A program made the position numbers and the translations under genes. Below, one piece after another: positions 57,853 through 64,000 of a stretch of 64,000 nt of DNA. The notes below the pieces were generated by a model. It was not told the DNA's origin. It searched no databases and saw only the letters and a list, made by a program, of their open reading frames with translations. The stretch spans positions 8,458-72,457 of the forward strand of contig JABWCD010000012.1 in NCBI GenBank assembly GCA_013359265.1, given 5' to 3'. Each line of letters opens with the position of its first letter. The stretch's first letter is position 1. Origin of the DNA: Candidatus Hydrogenedentota bacterium. Its GTDB lineage: Bacteria; Hydrogenedentota; Hydrogenedentia; Hydrogenedentales; SLHB01.

Positions 57853-59013
57853 ATGACTGGAACTTTACGCTCGATACTGGTCTGTCTGCTCGTAACCGCC
57901 GTGATGTTTTGCGGGCCGGGTTGCCCACGAACGACCAATAATCCCACCGGCAGTGTTAAGCAAGGCAAGGTAACGGTGCTGATTGGTTCGGCGTCGAAAA
58001 CGTTGAGCCAGGCCCTGCTCGAGGCGGTGGCGCCAAAATCGGTTGTGGCGGCTGAGGAGATTTACTCGCTCACGTTGACCGTTACGGAAATCAGTCTCTC
58101 CAAGGATGACGATGATGATGACCACGGCGATCACGACGGCGACGACGACCATGGCGATGATGATGGCGACGATTTCGATGACGATCATGGGGATGATGGC
58201 GGTGATGAAGTCGACGACGACAAGCATCACGATAGCGACCATGATGGCGGCAATGGTCATGGCGACGATGGCGACGACGATGGTGATGACGACCATGGGG
58301 ATGATGACGGCGATGACGACCATGGGGACGACGATGGTGATGATGACCATGGGGACGACGACGGCGATGACGACCATGGGGACGACGATGGCGACGACGA
58401 CCATGGGGACGACGATGGCGATGACGACGACGAACATGTCGTAGTTTTCCAGGGATCGCAGGAAATCGATCTGGTTTCGCTGGACAACCTTTCGCAGGTG
58501 TTCTCGACTACCGATATACCCGCGGGCGTATATCACCGCATCACGCTGAATATCGAGAACCCGCGCCTGCGGCTCGTTAGCGATCCGGAAACCGAAATCA
58601 CGGACGTCCACCTGACGGCAAATGGGCGGTTGTTTGTCAATACAACGTTTGAAATCCCGGAAGGCGGCAACAGCCTGATAGAACTGATGTTCAATGGCGT
58701 TCACCTGGTCCGGTTGGGGAACGGAGGATACGTGCTCACGCCGCAATTGGATGCGAGCGTCACCGTATCCGCGGCGGACGTGACAGCCAACGGAACCATC
58801 GCGTCGGTGGACGACGCGGCGGATTCGCTGGTCCTGACGCTGGCGGATGGCGACGTCACCGTGCTTTATGGCGGCGCGGCGATCTTCCTCCCCGCGGACA
58901 CGGACACACCGACCGGAACCGAGGCGGACCTTCTGCCGGGCGCGAGCGTCGAAGTCGTCGGGACAATCGATCTCGACGGTGTAATAACGGCTTCGGAAAT
59001 CCACGTGCTATGA
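57853..59013 (+). CDS. DUF4382-like lipoprotein with a His/Asp-rich insertion and a DUF5666-like C-terminal domain
   Basis: ATG 57853, with a FCGPGC lipobox. The DUF4382-type pattern is DLVSLDNLSQVFSTTDIPAGVYHRITLNIENPRL...GNGGYVLTPQL. A 111-aa tract is composed mostly of D, H and G. Confidence 0.75.
   Translation: MTGTLRSILVCLLVTAVMFCGPGCPRTTNNPTGSVKQGKVTVLIGSASKTLSQALLEAVAPKSVVAAEEIYSLTLTVTEISLSKDDDDDDHGDHDGDDDHGDDDGDDFDDDHGDDGGDEVDDDKHHDSDHDGGNGHGDDGDDDGDDDHGDDDGDDDHGDDDGDDDHGDDDGDDDHGDDDGDDDHGDDDGDDDDEHVVVFQGSQEIDLVSLDNLSQVFSTTDIPAGVYHRITLNIENPRLRLVSDPETEITDVHLTANGRLFVNTTFEIPEGGNSLIELMFNGVHLVRLGNGGYVLTPQLDASVTVSAADVTANGTIASVDDAADSLVLTLADGDVTVLYGGAAIFLPADTDTPTGTEADLLPGASVEVVGTIDLDGVITASEIHVL
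58105..58437 (+). repeat. Coding low-complexity tract (Asp/His/Gly) containing about five tandem 27-nt units (HGDDDGDDD)
   Basis: The repeat GACCATGGGGAYGAYGAYGGYGAYGAC recurs from about 58291 to 58428. The whole tract reads DDDDDDHGDHDGDDDHGDDDGDD...DDDDEH. Confidence 0.9.
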
Positions 59014-59082
59014 TTCTCGCTGCGCGGGGCATGTCGAGGATCGAGCGTGCGCAGCGTCGAAGCCCACGAGGAGTAAGGGCCT

Positions 59083-59943
59083 ATGCGTAAAATTCACATG
59101 TTGCTGTCCTGCCTTCTGGCGGTCTCCATCGCCCTGATGGGCGCCGGATGTCCACGGCCGGCGGGCAAGGGCAAGGTAACCGTCCTGTTCGGTTCGGACG
59201 CGAAGTCGTTGTCCGGGGCGCTGCTCTCGGCGGTTGCGCCGAAAGCGGTCGTAGACACGGCGGACATCGAATCGCTTACGGTGACGGTCACCCAGATTTC
59301 GCTGGATTCGGAAGATGAAGACGAAGGCGAAACGGAAGGCGAAGGTGAAGCGAAAGCCGCCGGTGACGTAATCGTGTTCGAGGGGTCGCAAGACCTTGAA
59401 CTCATCTCGTTGGCGGGCCTTTCGGAAGTGTTCTCGAGCGCGGAGATTCCCGCGGGAACGTACACGAAGATTCGCATCGCGATCGAGAACCCGCGGCTTC
59501 GGCTGGCGAGCGATCCGGAGACGGAAATCACGGACATCAAGCTGACGGCGAACGGGCACCTCTTTGTCTCCGAGACGTTTGAGGTGCCTGCCGATCAGAA
59601 CAGCAACATCGAGATCACGTTCGAGGATTTGCACCTCGTGCTGAACGGCAACGGCCGCTATGTGCTCACGCCGCAGTTGCGCGCGGACATTCTGGTTTCG
59701 TCCGCGGACGTAGCGGCGAACGGCACAATTGCTTCGGTCGATCCGGACAACGATTCGATGGTTGTGACGCTCGCGGACGGCGACACCACGGTGCTGTACG
59801 CGGGCGCGGCGATCTTCCTGCCGGCGGACACGGACACGCCAACGGGAACGGAAGCGGACCTGGTTGTCGGCGCAAGCGTCGACATCGTAGGGACGATCGA
59901 TCTCGACGGTGTGATTACGGCGACGGAAATCCATTTGCTATAG
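59083..59943 (+). CDS. DUF4382-like lipoprotein, paralogue lacking the His-rich tract
   Basis: It has a GAGC lipobox and the same domain order as 57853..59013. A short acidic DSEDEDEGETEGEGE segment occupies the same position as the His/Asp tract. The last ~50 aa are nearly identical to the upstream paralogue. Confidence 0.8.
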   Translation: MRKIHMLLSCLLAVSIALMGAGCPRPAGKGKVTVLFGSDAKSLSGALLSAVAPKAVVDTADIESLTVTVTQISLDSEDEDEGETEGEGEAKAAGDVIVFEGSQDLELISLAGLSEVFSSAEIPAGTYTKIRIAIENPRLRLASDPETEITDIKLTANGHLFVSETFEVPADQNSNIEITFEDLHLVLNGNGRYVLTPQLRADILVSSADVAANGTIASVDPDNDSMVVTLADGDTTVLYAGAAIFLPADTDTPTGTEADLVVGASVDIVGTIDLDGVITATEIHLL

Positions 59944-59966
59944 TCTCAAGCAGTAGGTTGATTCAC

Positions 59967-59992
59967 GAAGGGCGGCCAATTGGCCGCCCTTC
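59967..59992. terminator. Perfect palindromic hairpin between convergent genes (bidirectional terminator candidate)
   Basis: GAAGGGCGGCC-AATT-GGCCGCCCTTC. It is followed on the plus strand by TTCGTTTC. Confidence 0.55.
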
Positions 59993-59998
59993 TTCGTT

Positions 59999-60682
59999 TC
60001 AGTCGAAAAGACGATACCGGAGAATGAAGTACAGCGCGGCGACACCGTCTTTCCATGTGATTTTCTTGCCTTCCGAGTATCCGCGGCCGCTGTAGGAGAT
60101 TGGCACTTCGTAGATGCGATAGCCGCGTTTCGCGACCTTTGCGGTGAACTCCGGCTCGAACCCGAACCGCTCGGATTTGAACGTCACGTCCTTCAAGATG
60201 TCGGCGCGGAACGCCTTGTAGCACGTCTCCATGTCGGTGAGATTGATGTTCGTAAGTGCGTTGGAGAGCAGTGTCAGAAATCGGTTGCCCACCGAGTGCC
60301 AAAAGAGCAACACGCGGTGCGGCCCGCCGAGAAAGCGCGACCCATACACGACATCGGCGCGGCCATCGAGCAGGGGCTCGAGCAGTTTCGGATAGTCTTG
60401 CGGATCGTATTCGAGGTCTGCGTCCTGAATGATGACGATGTCGCCCGTGACGCGCGCGAACCCGGTGCGCAAGGCCGCGCCTTTGCCAAGGTTGCGAGTA
60501 TGGCGAATGACCTCGAGGGAACCGTCGCCGGCAACGGAATCGAGCCGTTCGCTGGTGGCGTCTGTCGAGGCATCGTCCACAACGATGATCTGCGTTTCGT
60601 ATGGGGCCGCGCGAACACGGTCGATAACTTGACGAATCGTTTCCGCTTCGTTGTACGCGGGTATGACGATGGAGAGCTTCAT
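59999..60682 (-). CDS. Family-2 glycosyltransferase (polyprenyl-phosphate sugar synthase-like)
   Basis: 227 aa with IVIPAYNEAETI, the DxD motif in IIQDADLEYDP, and a short soluble GT-A architecture. Confidence 0.9.
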   Translation of the reverse strand: MKLSIVIPAYNEAETIRQVIDRVRAAPYETQIIVVDDASTDATSERLDSVAGDGSLEVIRHTRNLGKGAALRTGFARVTGDIVIIQDADLEYDPQDYPKLLEPLLDGRADVVYGSRFLGGPHRVLLFWHSVGNRFLTLLSNALTNINLTDMETCYKAFRADILKDVTFKSERFGFEPEFTAKVAKRGYRIYEVPISYSGRGYSEGKKITWKDGVAALYFILRYRLFD

Positions 60683-60695
60683 CGCGCGGTCTGGG

Positions 60696-62285
60696 TCATG
60701 CCGGCCAATGGAGGCGCACGCCGAATCGTTCCAAAGTCCGTTGAAATTCCGCTAACAAGTCGCCTTTGACACGGACCTGCTTTGGCGTCTGCCCTTTCTC
60801 GATGCACCAGGCCGCGAGCGCGCCGGCGGATTCGCCGATGTTCCACTCGACGGGATGCAGGCGGTAGCAGCCATTGGTGATGTGCGTCGTTCCGATGTTT
60901 TTGCACGCTGGGAGCAGATTTTCGACGCGACGCGGAATCAGCGCGCCGAGCGGGATTTGAAATGGCATGCTGTCGACGTCGATGTAGTTGTCGCCGCCGG
61001 AACTGGGGTGTAGATCGATGCGGTAGTATCCAATCCCCACGCTGTCGGGAAACACCTCCGCCGTGCACTCCTCACAGTTTTCTCCGGTATAGATTTGCCG
61101 CGCCTCTTTGCCGACGTGATGCTCGATCACGGTGAATTCCGCCCTGATGCGGCGCGATTCGCGGATGTACGGGTACTTCGCGAGACCGTCGTTCGTGCCA
61201 ACGACATCGGGACGCAGGCGCAGTCCCTTCCATCCCACGCCGCCGTCGGCGCGCGGCGCCTCGGTCTGGAGCCAATACAGCAATGACAGGCTGAGTTGTT
61301 TGGCTTGGCGCAGATGGCTGGCCGCTTCGTCGGCGGGCACTTCGTACAAGTTGCCGAGCCAGTAATCGTTTTGCGGCCAGTTGACGAGCGTGATGCCGCC
61401 TTTACAGAAGCCCGGCGCGAAATTTTCGGGCGCCTGGATGCGCCGGTAATTCCAGCGCCCCATGTCTTCGCGCTTCGTCGCCGACGGGTCGAACTTGCTC
61501 AGCCGCGGTTGGAGCGTGACGGGGTGCGTGTCTTCCCAACTCAGGAGGTTGCCCGTCCACGGCGGGCGCAATTGCGGAACATAGTCGCGCCAGTACTTGT
61601 AATCCTCCGGCCTGGCAATCGTGTGGTCTTCGTCAGGACAATACTCCATCGGGAAGCAGCACGTAAACGCCTGCATGTTGTACGGCTGGGGGGTGTCCGG
61701 CGCGTGCAGTTCGTTGGTGTCGGCCTTGCCTTCCGCGCCGGTGAAGTATTCGGTTTTGGTAAGCGGGAGTAAATCGCCGCATTCGGTGGCGTCACAGAAG
61801 TAGGCGCCGTGCAGCGTGCGTTGGGTGTTGTTGCGAATGTCATGCACGGTGACGCTGCGCACGCGGTCGCCATCGGTATCCGCAGCGATGGGTTTGTGTT
61901 CGAGCAGGATCGTGACGCGGCCTGCGCTCACGTATTGCGCCAGCATTTCATTCAATACCGCGACCGAGACGCGCGGTTCATGGCACAGCGCGGACACGCC
62001 GCCACCACCGGGATTCAGTTTTTCATTTGCGCGCGCTTCGTCGGTCAACGGGTAGTTGCGGCGGTAGTAGCCGCGCACCCGGGCGCGATAATCCTGATAG
62101 GTCTTTGTGCCGCCGTGCGTCTCAATCCACTTGTTCTCGTCCGGCGGAACCGCCTGCGCGGTCAATTGTCCGCCGATCCAGTCCGTCTCCTCTGTCATCA
62201 CGACGGTGCGGCCCATGCGCGCCGCGGCCAACGCCGCCGCGCACCCGCCTACGCCCCCGCCGATGATGACGACGTCAGATTTCAT
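60696..62285 (-). CDS. FAD-dependent oxidoreductase
   Basis: ORF 60696..62366. The preferred start is the internal Met just before the dinucleotide motif MKSDVVIIGGGVGGCAAALAAA. My base counting was inconsistent by 1 nt here, so the start coordinate is +/-1 nt. It lies 13 nt upstream of the GT2 gene. Confidence 0.85.
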   Translation of the reverse strand: MKSDVVIIGGGVGGCAAALAAARMGRTVVMTEETDWIGGQLTAQAVPPDENKWIETHGGTKTYQDYRARVRGYYRRNYPLTDEARANEKLNPGGGGVSALCHEPRVSVAVLNEMLAQYVSAGRVTILLEHKPIAADTDGDRVRSVTVHDIRNNTQRTLHGAYFCDATECGDLLPLTKTEYFTGAEGKADTNELHAPDTPQPYNMQAFTCCFPMEYCPDEDHTIARPEDYKYWRDYVPQLRPPWTGNLLSWEDTHPVTLQPRLSKFDPSATKREDMGRWNYRRIQAPENFAPGFCKGGITLVNWPQNDYWLGNLYEVPADEAASHLRQAKQLSLSLLYWLQTEAPRADGGVGWKGLRLRPDVVGTNDGLAKYPYIRESRRIRAEFTVIEHHVGKEARQIYTGENCEECTAEVFPDSVGIGYYRIDLHPSSGGDNYIDVDSMPFQIPLGALIPRRVENLLPACKNIGTTHITNGCYRLHPVEWNIGESAGALAAWCIEKGQTPKQVRVKGDLLAEFQRTLERFGVRLHWPA

Positions 62286-62604
62286 CTCGTTCCCCTTCGT
62301 TACCTCATGGACGAGTGAGGGACATCCGTGTTTCGCTTCCTCCTTCGCTAAAGCTATGGAGGACAAGCCGCAAGGCCTTCGCGAAAGACGGTGTCAGTCC
62401 CCGTCAACTGCGACCTCGGCACTCACCGTCAGCGAAGGCATGCGCGCACGATGCTCCCTACAACCTATAAGGACAACGCGTTGCAGTCAATCCGGTCGCG
62501 CCCGCCGGGATCCGCTGGCATCGCGGGGCGGTGTGACTGCCTTCATCTATTAGCCCACGGCGTTGCACTTTTGGGGAGCGGCTTTCGGGTTCCAAAGAGC
62601 CAGC

Positions 62605-62674
62605 GGGTATCGGGTATTGGGTATTGGGTATCGGGTTTCGGGTAACGGGTATCGGGTATCGGGTATCGGGTTCC
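62605..62674 (+). repeat. Tandem heptamer array (GGGTATC) x10
   Basis: The units read gggtatc gggtatt gggtatt gggtatc gggtttc gggtaac gggtatc gggtatc gggtatc gggttcc. A TCGGGTTCC motif also occurs 12 nt upstream of the array. Confidence 0.95.
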
Positions 62675-63379
62675 GCAGAATATGGGAATCGGGGCTGTTG
62701 TGAGAATGGGTTGGTGCTCCGACATTGCGACAGGGATTCGCAGAGGCTGAGGTGAGCGGTGCAGGGGGTGTGGCGCACTTTTTTTGGCGAGACAACGGGG
62801 GTGTTTGAGGCAGAATCGCTGTAACTTCAGTGATTTCACGGACGCCTCCGATTTCGCACGGGGTGCAGGGGGGTTTTGGTGACTTGCCGATTCAAGGGGG
62901 GCAATCGAGCCGGGCTCGTCGCCACTATCGATTTCATAGCCGCCTTCGATTCGGCAAGGGGTACAGGGGATGGGGCGTTGGGTGGGCCGGGGCAGTTGCG
63001 GCATGTCGAGTACTCTTCCTGATCGTAAGCCCACGGCGTTGCACTCCGGATTGACCACGGAGACACCCTCCTTCGCCGAAGCGGCTTCGGACGGCCGGCG
63101 GAGAACACTGAGGGGAACGGAAGATTGGGCCGCGAAGGAGTGCAGCGTGGGATTTGGGAAACGAGGGTGATTTGGGTGACAGCGATAAATGAGGGGGATC
63201 GGCGGAGTTGAGATTGTGCGCCCGCAGCATGCTGCTGCTGAACGACCTTTGTTTGGTTGACAACGTGGTTAAGTAAATGCGAAGGGCTGGGATATCGCGC
63301 TTGAAGGGAGTTTGCGAAACGAGGGGTTTTGATGGAAAGGCGCAGATTGGGTTTGATTTTGTCAATATATAAATTCGAC

Positions 63380-63406
63380 CACAGATTTCACAGATTGCAC
63401 AGATGA
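63380..63406 (+). repeat. Tandem 9-mer x3 (CACAGATTT/CACAGATTG/CACAGATGA)
   Basis: Read directly from the sequence. It sits next to an AT-rich TCAATATATAAATTCG segment. Confidence 0.9.
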
Positions 63407-63698
63407 GATATCGTTTCGGGGATGAGTACGGGCGGACGGTGTGGATCGTGGCGGTGGGGCCAGTCGGTGCGGCCAGGATCGGTCGTACGAAGGGACGGGG
63501 CGTATGAAGTTTGGTGATTGGCCGTGTGCGGAGGGTGTGGCGTCTTGTTGCATGGGAACGGTCTCTATTCACGTGCCCGGCGCGTTGCAGTGGGGATCAC
63601 CATATTGTGCCGATCTTGACGGGGTGGCTTCGCGAGTTCGCGCCGAATGGGTTGCGCTGCTGTAATTGTGTTGGAGTACTGTATTTCGTAGTCTGTCC

Positions 63699-63728
63699 CT
63701 GAATTTCTCTGAATTTCTCTGAATTTCC
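63699..63728 (+). repeat. Tandem 10-mer x3 (CTGAATTTCT)
   Basis: Read directly from the sequence. It lies about 95 nt upstream of the ATG at 63823. Confidence 0.9.
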
Positions 63729-63822
63729 CCGATTACAATTACGAGCGGACAGGGCGTTGATTGGCGGTTGTCAAGATCGGACTTGCGTGTTAGGCTGGTG
63801 GAGGGTATGAGGAACGGTCGAA

Positions 63823-64000
63823 ATGCCGACGCTGCAGGAGATTGAGTCGCAGATAGCCGCGCTGTCCAAGGAGGACTTGGTGGCGTTTTCGGCATGGTTC
63901 GACGAGTTTCAGGCTGAGGCGTGGGAGCGGCAAATCGAGGCGGATTCGAGGGCAGGCCGGCTCGACGGGCCGATTGAACGGGCCATGCGCGACGATGCAG
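63823..64000 (+). CDS. Small antitoxin-like / addiction-module-component-like protein (partial, runs off the window)
   Basis: This frame is open from ATG 63823 to the window end and is not in the ORF track because no stop was reached. MPTLQEIESQIAALSKEDLVAFSAWFDEFQAEAWERQIEADSRAGRLD resembles short helical proteins commonly paired with toxin genes. The family call is tentative. Confidence 0.45.
   Translation, partial: MPTLQEIESQIAALSKEDLVAFSAWFDEFQAEAWERQIEADSRAGRLDGPIERAMRDDA

Noticed and set aside
62552-63045. CRISPR array in the repeat-rich non-coding region
   Set aside because: The repeats belong to different families. The copies are few and irregularly spaced (476 nt and 98 nt), and the heptamer array has no spacers. 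No cas genes are present.

Overview
This is a 64-kb, high-GC (about 60%) chromosomal segment with about 45 genes. All family calls come from motifs read by eye; no database or HMM search was run. Tat-signal sugar enzymes, a haem-c/HEAT/dehydrogenase fusion and many secreted beta-propeller lipoproteins suggest a PVC/Planctomycetota-like or related environmental diderm, but this is inference only. Housekeeping anchors are guaB-guaA (10972..12480 and 9409..10956, minus strand), tRNA-Ala(GGC) (47812..47887, minus) and a GatB/YqeY gene. The rest is mostly envelope and accessory functions: a TolC-like protein, an AsmA-like protein, an MFS transporter, a hybrid histidine kinase with an HD-GYP response regulator, a reprolysin-like metalloprotease and a radical SAM/SPASM enzyme. 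The most interesting block is about 26.9-44.2 kb. It holds a stand-alone FAAL-ACP-reductase megasynthase with a cytochrome P450, a membrane sulfotransferase and an SDR. Next to it sit an MMPL/RND exporter, a LolA-like protein and an outer-membrane barrel, plus an AsnB-type and a PP-loop amidotransferase. I read this as a candidate pathway for making and exporting a sulfated, hydroxylated fatty-alcohol-type envelope lipid. Other notable items: tandem DUF4382-like lipoproteins, one carrying a 111-aa His/Asp tract encoded by 27-nt repeats; a glycosidase-like gene split by one in-frame TAG; a partial duplication of the yqeY 5' end; and a 1.4-kb G/T-skewed non-coding stretch with a (GGGTATC)x10 array. 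No CRISPR array, rRNA, transposase or integrase was recognised. Many long shadow ORFs opposite real genes are high-GC artefacts.
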